A stretch of DNA of 64,000 bases from an uncultured Acetobacteraceae bacterium (GTDB taxonomy: Bacteria > Pseudomonadota > Alphaproteobacteria > Acetobacterales > Acetobacteraceae): NCBI GenBank assembly GCA_964242215.1, contig CAXTCJ010000016.1:1922-65921 (forward strand). The letters are read 5' to 3'. Made by a program: the position numbers and the translations under genes. Below, piece after piece: positions 28,291 through 37,088 of this stretch; the stretch's first letter is position 1, and each line of letters begins with the position of its first letter. Below the pieces are notes generated by a model. That model was not told where the DNA came from. It saw nothing but the letters and a program-made list of their open reading frames with translations, and searched no databases.

Positions 28291-29223
28291 TCACGGCAAG
28301 CGTGCAGACGTGACCAGCGTCCGGGCCAGTTGCTCTCCGGAAAGCCATGCCGCTTCCACCCGGGGGCCGAGCAGCCAGTCTCCGCATACGCCGAGACGAA
28401 GCTCGGCGTCCCACAGCGATCCGTCGCCCGCCGCCCCCGACCGGGCATAGCGCCAGCGATGCGCGGCGGCGCTCTGTGCATCGGGCAGTCGAACGCGTGT
28501 CCGTTCGGCGAACGCTTGCATCATCGGCGCTATGACCGCCGCCGCGTCCTGCTCCAGGTTGGTGCGGGACCAATCCGGCCCCGCCTGGATGACCCAGCTT
28601 TCCGGCCCCGATCGGCTCGGTTTGGCGGAATTGCGCGCCGCCCAGCCGATAATGCCGTCCTCGCGCAGGATGTCGGCCTTGATCGGCAGGCGTTCGGCGA
28701 AGGCGGCCATCACGGTCCAGCATGGCGCCGACAGCGTCTGCGCCGCCCGGGCGGCGAAGGGCGCAGACCATCGCTGCAGCAATGGGGCGGCCTGTTCGGC
28801 AGGAACGGCCACCACGACAGCGTCGAATGCGCCGCCCTCCACATGCCACAGGCTGCCCTCCCGTTCCAACGATGCAATCTGCACCTGGCAGTGCACGTCC
28901 AGTGCCGCCGCCATGCGCTTGGCCGGCGCATTCATGCCCGGGGTGCCCACCCAGGCATCGGCACCGGCTGCCGGCCAGGGCGCCGCCAAGCCCATCGCGT
29001 GCCAGCGTTCCACCCGCGCCCGGAACGCAGCATCCCGCACCGTGAAATATTGTGCGCCATGGTCGAAGCCGGCTTCACCCGCCGGCGTCAGCATACGGCG
29101 GGTGGACATCCGCCCCCCGGGGGCCCGCCCCTTGTCGAACATGGTCACAGACAGCCCCGCTGTCCGCAGCGCCTCGGCACAGGCGAGCCCCGCCATGCCA
29201 GCACCTACGATCGCGATCTTCAT
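28291..29223 (-). CDS. Renalase-like FAD-dependent oxidoreductase
   Basis: IVGAGMAG, DKGRAPGGRMSTRR, FDHGAQYF, HRWRYA, CGDW..GPRVEAAWLSG. Confidence 0.9.
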   Translation of the reverse strand: MKIAIVGAGMAGLACAEALRTAGLSVTMFDKGRAPGGRMSTRRMLTPAGEAGFDHGAQYFTVRDAAFRARVERWHAMGLAAPWPAAGADAWVGTPGMNAPAKRMAAALDVHCQVQIASLEREGSLWHVEGGAFDAVVVAVPAEQAAPLLQRWSAPFAARAAQTLSAPCWTVMAAFAERLPIKADILREDGIIGWAARNSAKPSRSGPESWVIQAGPDWSRTNLEQDAAAVIAPMMQAFAERTRVRLPDAQSAAAHRWRYARSGAAGDGSLWDAELRLGVCGDWLLGPRVEAAWLSGEQLARTLVTSARLP

Positions 29224-29397
29224 CGTCTCCCCCATCCTCGGCCAGACGGCACAGGTGATCATCGGATGCGATGATGACGAGAGGGCCTGTGCGACGCGAT
29301 TGCCAAATCCTTTGTTTAGAGTGTGCTCAGCGGCAGTCCGCGATCTCGAAGCGGTGTCGGACAGGATCTGAACCAGGCTCGCCGCGGTGGCGCGGGG

Positions 29398-31098
29398 TCA
29401 GGCCTCGCGCACGTTGTCCACGAACGAAACAACCTGCTCGTCCAGCAACTCAGCTTGATCGACGAGTTGTTCCGCGGAGCCGAGAACCTCCGCGGCAGCC
29501 ACTCCGGTCTCGTTGGCGGCCCGGCTGACGTCGGCGGTGTTGGACATGAGTTCGTTGGTGCTAAGCGCGAGTTGCTGCACGTTGCGCGCGGTCTCCGCCG
29601 TGGCACTTCCTTGCTGCTCCACGGCGGCGGCAATGAACGCCGCGATGGTGCTCATCTGCTCGACCGTTGCGGTCACGCCGCCGATTGCACCGACAGCTTG
29701 CTTCGTCGCACCCTGGATCTGCCCGATATGAGCGGCGATCTCCTCCGTGGCACTGGCGGTCTGCAATGCCAGGTTCTTGACTTCTGCGGCAACCACGGCG
29801 AACCCGTCGCCCGCGGCGCCCGCCCGTGCCGCTTCGATCTTGGCGTTCAATGCCAGCAACTTGGTCTGCCCGGCGATGTTGCTGATCAGCTTCACCACCT
29901 CGCCGATCCGTTGCGACGCATCGGCCAGAGCCCGAACGATGCCGTCGGTGCGGCGCGCGTCCGCCGCAGCCAGTTCGGCATTGAGCGCGGACTGCGTGAC
30001 TTGGCGATTGATCTCGACGATGGACTTATTGAGGTGCTCCGCGGCGGTCGCAACGGCCTGCAATCCCTCCGTCGCGACGCGTGCTGCCACCGCAGACCCG
30101 GTCGCGCGATCATTGGCCAGTGTCGCCGCCCCCGACATCGATCGGGCGGTGGTCTGCATCCCGGTCGCCGCGCTAGCGACCACGCGTGAAATCGTCCCGA
30201 CCGACGTCTCGAACCCGTTGGCCAATGCGACCATATCGGCCTTGCGCACGGCTTCCGCCACTTGCTTCTGCAGGACCTTCTCGGCCTCCAAACCGGCGAC
30301 ATGGGCCAGCCCATCGCGGAACACGCCAAGCGAACGTACGATCGCCCCCAACTCGTCACGCCGATGGAGTACCCTGAGGTCGACGCTCAGATCGCCCTCA
30401 GCGAGATTGAGTGTCGCGCGGGCAATGCCGCGGATCGATCGGATGGTCGTTAAAGCAAGGCCCCCTGTCCCGGCCAAGGCCAGCAACAGCGCCGCACTCG
30501 CAATGACGGTGAAGTCGTAGCGCATCGCGTTCGAGGAACGATGGGCCTCGGCCGCGCTGATCACCTGGGTCTGTCCGACATCACGCACCATAGTCTCCAA
30601 CTCGGTGCTGAGACCGATGTAGATGACGTTGAATGGCTGCAGGAACGACACAGCCGAGGCGAAATCGACGTCCAGCATCTGCCGCACCCACTCGACGGCC
30701 GTCTTGTAGTTCTCCACCGACAGGATGAGTGCGTTGATTCTCGGCCGCTGTTCGTCGGTTGCGAACCGGTCACGCCACACCCTGAACTGCCCCGCAACCG
30801 TATCAATGCTGATGAGCAGACGATCGAGTTCGGCGGGAGCATCGAGCATGGGCGAGCGTGCCGCCTCGAGCGCCAGAACGCGGTAAAGCGTTCCGTTGAT
30901 CTCCTGCACACCGGCGGCAGCATGGGCCAGGTCCCGGCCGGCCTCACCGCTGCGCTGCAGTTCGTCAACCGACCGCACGGTCCGAGACAAACCGGCCGCT
31001 CCGACCCAGGCGATGGCGACCATGGCGCACAGCGCCAGGGCCGGGCCGATGGTCAGCTTGGCGACGAAGGGCCAGTGCCGGACGCTCAGCAAACTCAT
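29398..31098 (-). CDS. Methyl-accepting chemotaxis protein (2 TM, helical periplasmic domain, HAMP)
   Basis: TM1 near aa 15-35, TM2 before HAMP (RRDELG), signalling domain LLALNA.IEAARAG..G.GFAVVA.EVK.LA. Alternative GTG start at 31110. Confidence 0.9.
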   Translation of the reverse strand: MSLLSVRHWPFVAKLTIGPALALCAMVAIAWVGAAGLSRTVRSVDELQRSGEAGRDLAHAAAGVQEINGTLYRVLALEAARSPMLDAPAELDRLLISIDTVAGQFRVWRDRFATDEQRPRINALILSVENYKTAVEWVRQMLDVDFASAVSFLQPFNVIYIGLSTELETMVRDVGQTQVISAAEAHRSSNAMRYDFTVIASAALLLALAGTGGLALTTIRSIRGIARATLNLAEGDLSVDLRVLHRRDELGAIVRSLGVFRDGLAHVAGLEAEKVLQKQVAEAVRKADMVALANGFETSVGTISRVVASAATGMQTTARSMSGAATLANDRATGSAVAARVATEGLQAVATAAEHLNKSIVEINRQVTQSALNAELAAADARRTDGIVRALADASQRIGEVVKLISNIAGQTKLLALNAKIEAARAGAAGDGFAVVAAEVKNLALQTASATEEIAAHIGQIQGATKQAVGAIGGVTATVEQMSTIAAFIAAAVEQQGSATAETARNVQQLALSTNELMSNTADVSRAANETGVAAAEVLGSAEQLVDQAELLDEQVVSFVDNVREA

Positions 31099-31120
31099 GC
31101 TGGCTTGCACGTGTTCAAGG

Positions 31121-33130
31121 TCAGAACCGCGCCGTCACTGCAGCAATCAAACGACGCTCGACGGGCGGACCGGCACTCTCGATGCGCGAGATGTTGAACT
31201 GCTCGGCCGTGACGGACAGGGTCAGGTGTTCCGTCAAACGATAGCCGACCCGGGCACTGAAGGTGAAATAGTTCGGCACCTCGACCGGCAGGAAGCTCAA
31301 GGTTGCTGACGAAGCCTTGAAATCCTGGAAGCTCGATTGCCAACGGGACTGCGCGTCGATCTCCCATTGTCCGGTACTGTAGCCGCCACCGAGGATGACC
31401 GAGTGCTGCGGCGTGCCACGGCGATAGTCGAAATTGGGCGTATCGGTATACCCGGCAGCGAGATGGTCGGTGATCGAGGCGAAGCTGTAGCTCGCATTCC
31501 AGCGCCAGCCGGAAGCGGACTTGCCTTTGATGCCAATCTCGAGACCGACCTCGTCGCTCGAGCCGATGTTCGCTGACTGACTCTCGTACGGGTGAACGGC
31601 TTGTAAGCCGGCAGGCACCGACGGTGCGGCGGCAAGCAGGTTGTCGTTGCGCTGAGCGAACACGGCCGTGCGTACGACACTGCCGATAACGGGAACATTC
31701 CGGTCATAGGCGAGCTCGGCGTTCCACACGGCCGTCGGGGTCAGTGTGGGATCTCCGTAGTACAACGTCCCAGTGGCTTGCGTGCCGAATTGGAATGCGT
31801 AATCGACCAGGCTCGGCAACTGCAGGCCTCGCGCGGCGGTCACGCGGAAGGTATCGTTGTCCGTCGCCTTCCAGACGATCCCTGCGTTGAAGCTCGGCTC
31901 GGTAAAGGACGTATGGTTGTATTGCGATGTCTGCAGGGGCGTATCGGCCGGTGTCGACCCGTTGAGATGTAGGCTTAAATGGTCAACCCGGACGGCGTTG
32001 GTGATCGACACCGAAGGTGTCACTTGCCAGTTCCACATGGCATCGGCGGAATACACTTGGTAGCCGATCGTGCCTGCGAAGATCGGTCCAACGGCGGAGT
32101 TGTCACGATACTCCAAACCGATCCGGATGGTATGGTCGGCATTGACTTTGAACAGGTCACTGGCCTTGGCTACGTAGACGGTATTGACCAAGTCTATATT
32201 TGCCGCTGGATTATAATAGCTGCCGATTGCTTGATTGCGGAAGAAGTCGAAAGCCAGCAGCCCAAACCGGCTATCGGCGGTCGCACCGAACCGCATCGTG
32301 CTGATCCGGTACTGGGCGTCGATGTAGGATCCCTGGATCTCTGCCGCGCCGGTTCGACTGTCGACGATGCCGCCCTCTGCGGTGATCTGGACGTTGGGAA
32401 GCGCCTGCCAGCTTCCCTCGATGTTGAACGTTCCGTTCCGGGGCCGCGGCCGGCTGGCGCTGTCGGTGGCATTGAGCCCGGACGCCGCGAAGTCCCGCGC
32501 GGTCAGGCCGCCGGCCGAAAGCCGGACGCCGGCCGTATCGCCGATATGCGCGGTGCCGACCACTGATGCGCTCGCCAGGCTCTGTGTGCCGGTACGCACC
32601 GTCACGGTATTCGTGTTGTCTTTGATCGGGTCGACCGTGATGATGTTGATCACCCCGCTTGCGGCATTGAAGCCGAACAGCGCGGAGTTGGGTCCTTTGA
32701 CCACCTCGATTTGGCGGATCTCGTCCAGCTGAACCGGAATCGTGCTCCAGGGGACGTAGCCATAGTCGTCCAGGTAGATTTGGCGACCGTTGACCATGAC
32801 GAGCAGCCGCGGGTTCAGCGGCTGGTTGTAGCCGCGGATACCAACGTCGGAATCCGTCAAGCCGTAGGTACGCACGTCGATGCCGGTCACGAAGCGAAGG
32901 ATGTCCGGGATGTTGTCGGCACCGGACCGCCGGATGTCATCCTGGGTCAGGATGACCAAGTCGGCCGGTACGTCCGACGCCTTCTGCGGCTTACCGGTGA
33001 CCGAGGTGGTGATCGGCTCCCCAAACATTTGCTCCAACGCGCCATAATCGACGGACTGCGCGCGTGCGCCGGAACCAGCCGAGGTCACGGCGACTGCCAA
33101 GGGGACAAACGCGAGGATCGTGCTGCGCAT
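31121..33130 (-). CDS. TonB-dependent receptor
   Basis: Signal peptide, plug ([42 protein letters not shown]), beta-barrel ending in Phe. Alternative ATG at 33148. Confidence 0.92.
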   Translation of the reverse strand: MRSTILAFVPLAVAVTSAGSGARAQSVDYGALEQMFGEPITTSVTGKPQKASDVPADLVILTQDDIRRSGADNIPDILRFVTGIDVRTYGLTDSDVGIRGYNQPLNPRLLVMVNGRQIYLDDYGYVPWSTIPVQLDEIRQIEVVKGPNSALFGFNAASGVINIITVDPIKDNTNTVTVRTGTQSLASASVVGTAHIGDTAGVRLSAGGLTARDFAASGLNATDSASRPRPRNGTFNIEGSWQALPNVQITAEGGIVDSRTGAAEIQGSYIDAQYRISTMRFGATADSRFGLLAFDFFRNQAIGSYYNPAANIDLVNTVYVAKASDLFKVNADHTIRIGLEYRDNSAVGPIFAGTIGYQVYSADAMWNWQVTPSVSITNAVRVDHLSLHLNGSTPADTPLQTSQYNHTSFTEPSFNAGIVWKATDNDTFRVTAARGLQLPSLVDYAFQFGTQATGTLYYGDPTLTPTAVWNAELAYDRNVPVIGSVVRTAVFAQRNDNLLAAAPSVPAGLQAVHPYESQSANIGSSDEVGLEIGIKGKSASGWRWNASYSFASITDHLAAGYTDTPNFDYRRGTPQHSVILGGGYSTGQWEIDAQSRWQSSFQDFKASSATLSFLPVEVPNYFTFSARVGYRLTEHLTLSVTAEQFNISRIESAGPPVERRLIAAVTARF

Positions 33131-33137
33131 GCCTTTG

Positions 33138-33656
33138 TCAGATCTCATGGATCAACATCCGGAATGCCGTCGCGAAGCCGATGCCGTAGGATGCCGCCAA
33201 CGCGCGGTTCAGCACGATCTCCACGCGCGGGTCGGACCGCACCGAGAGGACGCACAGGCCGGCCTCCACCTGCGCAAGGTCACCGGTGACGCAGAGCACC
33301 CGGTTGGCCCGGAGGTATGACGACACGGACTCTGCCGCCAAGCCGGCTGCCAGAACGACGGCGACATAGTGCTCGTCCGGCTTCAACGCCGAAGCGGAGA
33401 CTGCCTCGGCCCGTATGGCGCTCCCGGCGTTGGGCCCAGCGCCGAACAGCGCCGCAACCCTCACCGCATCCGCCTCGGAGATCGCGCTACCCTGGGCGAA
33501 GACCACTGCCACGACGCCGCCAAGACAAGGCGGATCGAGGAAACCCAAGACCTTGGTGACGATCTGCACGTCTTTGGCCGACAGCGAGCCGGCATGCGCA
33601 ATGTCCGGCAACACGACCGAAGCCATGACGAGCACGGCGGCCGCAAGACATCTCAT
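33138..33656 (-). CDS. YfiR/HmsC (DUF4154)-like periplasmic protein
   Basis: Signal peptide, C-terminal LCVTGD...GLCVL.V...PRVEIVLN..LA...GIGF..AFRMLI pattern typical of DUF4154, typical position next to a TBDR. Confidence 0.7.
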   Translation of the reverse strand: MRCLAAAVLVMASVVLPDIAHAGSLSAKDVQIVTKVLGFLDPPCLGGVVAVVFAQGSAISEADAVRVAALFGAGPNAGSAIRAEAVSASALKPDEHYVAVVLAAGLAAESVSSYLRANRVLCVTGDLAQVEAGLCVLSVRSDPRVEIVLNRALAASYGIGFATAFRMLIHEI

Positions 33657-33810
33657 CTTTCGGTTGAAAGACCACGGGCCCAAACCATGCACCTTTTGTT
33701 CACGCGCTGGAACAATGTGCTAGGTTAGAGTTTCCGCCAGGTTAACCGGGTAAAGCCACGGTCGGCGCGTCGTGCCGAATGGCCAAAACGTGGGGCCGTG
33801 CGGCACAGCC

Positions 33811-33853
33811 CCAAGCTCGTTTGCACCAAGCTCGTGGGCACCAATCGCTCGAG
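33811..33853. repeat. Short 15-bp-period tandem repeat (CCAAGCTCGTnnGCA x2 plus a degenerate third copy)
   Basis: CCAAGCTCGTTTGCA / CCAAGCTCGTGGGCA / CCAATCGCTCGAG, intergenic. Confidence 0.6.
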
Positions 33854-33892
33854 ATGTCGCCTAGGTCTGCGAACCTCGGACGACGGACTGGG

Positions 33893-34831
33893 TCAGGCGG
33901 GCTCGATGACCCCGGCGCGGGCGGTGATGGGGGCATAGTGTGCCGGCTGGCGATGGGCGCCAAAGTCGAACATCTTGCTCTTGCCCTGCTGGCACAAATC
34001 CATGTCACAGTCCGCGACCAGCACCTCGTCGCCCAGCGTCGAGGCCTCGGCAACGATCACGCCATTCGGGTCCACGATGCACGAACCGCCGATCAGGCCG
34101 GAGCCGTCCTCGTCGCCGGCTTTCGCCACGGCGACGGCCCAGGTGGCGTTCATGTAGGCGTTGGCCTGTGCCACCAGCCTGGAATGGAAGGTGCGTAGCG
34201 CAGCGTCCTCGGTGGTGCCGCCGTTCGGGTCGTAGGCGGCGGAGTTGTAGCCGAGGCAGACCAGCTCCACCCCCTGCATGCCGAGAACGCGCCAAGATTC
34301 CGGCCAGCGGCGGTCGTTGCAGATCATCATGCCCATGATCGCCGAGTGCCAATCCGGCCCGGCCCGAAACGCGGGGAAACCCAGGTCACCATATTCGAAA
34401 TAGCGCTTCTCCAGCTGCTGGAACCGCGCCCCCTCCCGCGGCTCGACCGAGCCCGGGAGGTGCACCTTGCGGTAGCGGCCCAGGATGCTGCCATCCGGCT
34501 GCACCAGGATCGAGCCGTTGTAGCGCTTGCCCTCCGCCATCTCGGCATAGCCCACATAGAAACCGACGCCGAGTTCGCGGGCGCGGTCGAACAGCGGCTG
34601 CACCGCCGGGTTGGGCATGGCGGATTCGAAATACTGGTCCAACGCCGCCCCCTCCAGCAGCCAGCGAGGGAAGAACGTGGTGAAAGCCAGCTCGGGAAAC
34701 ACCACGAGGGTGGCGCCCTGCCCAGCGGCCTGCTCCAGCATTCGGAGCATACGGGCCAGGATGGCGTCGCGGCTGTCTCCCTTCTGGTTCGGCCCCATCT
34801 GGGCCGCGGCGATGCGGAGGCTGCGCGGCAT
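33893..34831 (-). CDS. N-carbamoyl-D-amino acid amidohydrolase (nitrilase superfamily)
   Basis: E-K-C triad contexts FPELAFTTFFPRW, YRKVHLPG, ICNDRRWPE, plus LEKRYFEYGDLGF. Confidence 0.9.
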   Translation of the reverse strand: MPRSLRIAAAQMGPNQKGDSRDAILARMLRMLEQAAGQGATLVVFPELAFTTFFPRWLLEGAALDQYFESAMPNPAVQPLFDRARELGVGFYVGYAEMAEGKRYNGSILVQPDGSILGRYRKVHLPGSVEPREGARFQQLEKRYFEYGDLGFPAFRAGPDWHSAIMGMMICNDRRWPESWRVLGMQGVELVCLGYNSAAYDPNGGTTEDAALRTFHSRLVAQANAYMNATWAVAVAKAGDEDGSGLIGGSCIVDPNGVIVAEASTLGDEVLVADCDMDLCQQGKSKMFDFGAHRQPAHYAPITARAGVIEPA

Positions 34832-34869
34832 ATGGCTGTATCCCTGGCCGGTGTGGGTGTTGGTAAAAC

Positions 34870-35073
34870 TCACAGACAACCGTTCAGATCATCCGTGAAG
34901 AACGAGAAGAAACCGGCGGCGATGCCCTTCGCGTCCGCACCAGCTTGGCAAGACGGCTTAGGCCCGACCTGCTGGGCCGGCGCGCTTTGCACCTGCGATG
35001 GCGCAGCAGGGGGTGTCGATGCGCACCCCGCCAGCAGGATGACGGCGCCGACGATGAGCGAGCTCTTTAACAT
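34870..35073 (-). CDS. Small lipoprotein (67 aa)
   Basis: MLKSSLIVGAVILLAGC lipobox, Pro/Ala/Gln linker, two further Cys. Confidence 0.7.
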   Translation of the reverse strand: MLKSSLIVGAVILLAGCASTPPAAPSQVQSAPAQQVGPKPSCQAGADAKGIAAGFFSFFTDDLNGCL

Positions 35074-35158
35074 TCAACACTCTTACTTCCGAACGCACCA
35101 GACTAGCGCTCGGCTTCAGCTGTAGCTAGCTGCACGGCACCTCCCGGCCTGACGCAGG

Positions 35159-35929
35159 CTACCGACCGGTGAACTCCGGCAGCCGGCGCTCCGCCATCGC
35201 CTTCACACCTTCCTTGAAGTCTTCCGTGGCGAGCTGCTTCTGCTGTTCGGCCAGCTCGTGGCTGGTGGCGGCCTCGACCGCGTCGGCCAGTCCCTTGCGC
35301 AGGGTCGCGCGCGTCGATTGCACGGCGAGCGGAGCGGACTGGGCGATCTCGGTCGCCAGCGCCACTGCAACGTCCCGCAAGCCCTCCGCAGGCGCCAGGA
35401 CGTCTACCAGGCCGAGGGCGTGCGCTTCCGTGCCGGTGATGCGGCGGCCCGTGTAGAACAGCAACGCTGCCTGTTGCGGGCCGATCACCCGCGGCAGGGT
35501 GACGCTGAGGCCAAACCCGGGATGGAAACCCAGCCGGTTGAAGTTCACGGTGAAGCGGGACTCTTCGGAAGCGACGCGGAAATCGGCGACCATCGCGACG
35601 CCCATGCCGCCGCCCACGGCAGCACCCTGCACGGCGGCGACGATCGGCAGCTCGCAGCGGAACAGCCGAACGGCCTGCTTGTACAGATGATCGGAGCCGC
35701 GATCTTGCGACGGACCGACGGTGTCGCTGGCAGGGCGGCTGAAGTTGGCACCGGCGCAGAAATTCTTGCCGGCCGCGCACAGCACGATCGCGCGCATGCC
35801 GGCCGCGACGAACGCGTCGAAGGCGTCGCCTAAGTCACCGATCAACTCCTTGTCGAAGAAGTTGTTGGGCGGCCGGTTCATCTCGGCAATGCCGACATGG
35901 CCGATCGTGCTGCTGATAACGTCGCTCAT
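35159..35929 (-). CDS. Enoyl-CoA hydratase/isomerase family protein
   Basis: NFCAGANF, GAAVGGG, EDFKEGVKAMAERRLPEFTGR. Confidence 0.92.
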   Translation of the reverse strand: MSDVISSTIGHVGIAEMNRPPNNFFDKELIGDLGDAFDAFVAAGMRAIVLCAAGKNFCAGANFSRPASDTVGPSQDRGSDHLYKQAVRLFRCELPIVAAVQGAAVGGGMGVAMVADFRVASEESRFTVNFNRLGFHPGFGLSVTLPRVIGPQQAALLFYTGRRITGTEAHALGLVDVLAPAEGLRDVAVALATEIAQSAPLAVQSTRATLRKGLADAVEAATSHELAEQQKQLATEDFKEGVKAMAERRLPEFTGR

Positions 35930-37086
35930 CGTAGGCCTAGCCCCCGTGCAATCATGCCTCGCAAAATCTCCCGCGTGCCGCCGCGTAGCGAGAAGGACGG
36001 CGCGGTCAGGATCAGTTGGGCGAGCACCGCCGTCAGCGAGTCGTCCGACGCCTCTTCCGGCTCCACCTCCAGCAGCAGGCGTACGATCTCGGCAGTCTCC
36101 TGCTCCAGCACGTTGCCCAGATCCTTGACGAGGGACGCCTGCAACGCCGGGTCCTCACCGGCTTGCAACATACCGGCGACGGAGCGCGACAGGTGGCGCA
36201 GCGCCATGATGTGGCTGGTCAGCCGGCCGATCGCGATCGCGGCGCGCTCCGGCGCGTCGGGGCCGAGTGCGCGGACCGTTTCCGTCAGCAGGGTGAAGGC
36301 GGACAGGAAACGGTCGGGGCCGCTGCGCTCGAACGCCAGCTCGCGGGTGACCTGCTTCCAACCGTCGCCTTCCTGACCCAACACGGCGTCCTCGGGCAGC
36401 AGCAGGTCCTCGATCGCCACCTCGTTGAAATGATGCTCGCCGCGCATGTCGATGATCGGGCGCACGGTCATGCCGGATTGGCGCGCCTTGGTCATGTCCA
36501 CCAAGAATTGGCTGGAGCCGGCGTGGCGGTCGTCCGTCTTGTCGCCGGTTCGGCAGAACAGGATCATGTAGTCGGCCTCGTGCGCGCCGGAGGTCCAGAC
36601 TTTGGTGCCGTTCACCAGCCAGCCGCCTTGGACCTGGCGGGCGCGGGTCCGGGCGGCGGCCAGGTCGGAGCCGGAATCGGGCTCGCTCATGCCGATGCAG
36701 AACGAGCACTCTCCCGCGGCGATGCGGGGCAGGATCGCCTGACGCTGCGCCTCGGTGCCGTTGCGCAGGATGTTGGGGCCGCTCTGGCGGTCGGCGACCC
36801 AGTGGTAACCAACGGGGGCGCCGGCGGCCAGCATCTCCTCCAACACCACGTAGCGCTCCAGCGCCGTGCGTTCGTGGCCGCCATACATCTTGGGCCACGT
36901 CATGCCGATCCAGCCCTTGCGGCCCATGGTCTGGCTGAACGCGCGGTCGCGCCCGCTCCAGGATGCGGCGCGTTGCTGCGGGGTGCGGTCCCGCAATTCC
37001 TCGGCAAGGAAGGCGCGAACCTCGCCCCGCAATGCCTCGGTGGCGTCCGAGAGGGCGGGTGGGGCGGCGAAGGCGAGTGCTTGCAT
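35926..37086 (-). CDS. Acyl-CoA dehydrogenase (large/alpha-type subunit)
   Basis: CIGMSEPDSGSDLA, NGTKVWTSGA, FNEV, LAFERSG, LRGGTREILR. Confidence 0.92.
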   Translation of the reverse strand: MQALAFAAPPALSDATEALRGEVRAFLAEELRDRTPQQRAASWSGRDRAFSQTMGRKGWIGMTWPKMYGGHERTALERYVVLEEMLAAGAPVGYHWVADRQSGPNILRNGTEAQRQAILPRIAAGECSFCIGMSEPDSGSDLAAARTRARQVQGGWLVNGTKVWTSGAHEADYMILFCRTGDKTDDRHAGSSQFLVDMTKARQSGMTVRPIIDMRGEHHFNEVAIEDLLLPEDAVLGQEGDGWKQVTRELAFERSGPDRFLSAFTLLTETVRALGPDAPERAAIAIGRLTSHIMALRHLSRSVAGMLQAGEDPALQASLVKDLGNVLEQETAEIVRLLLEVEPEEASDDSLTAVLAQLILTAPSFSLRGGTREILRGMIARGLGLR

Positions 37087-37088
37087 GG

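Noticed and set aside
25258-29274. Long antisense or alternate-frame ORFs (e.g. 25258..26880, 26594..27988, 26781..28481, 28036..29274)
   Set aside because: They overlap well-supported genes and have the low-complexity composition expected from stop-poor high-GC DNA. The same applies to most overlapping ORFs in the track.
33811-33853. Possible CRISPR repeat
   Set aside because: Only 2-3 abutting 15-bp units, no spacers and no cas genes.
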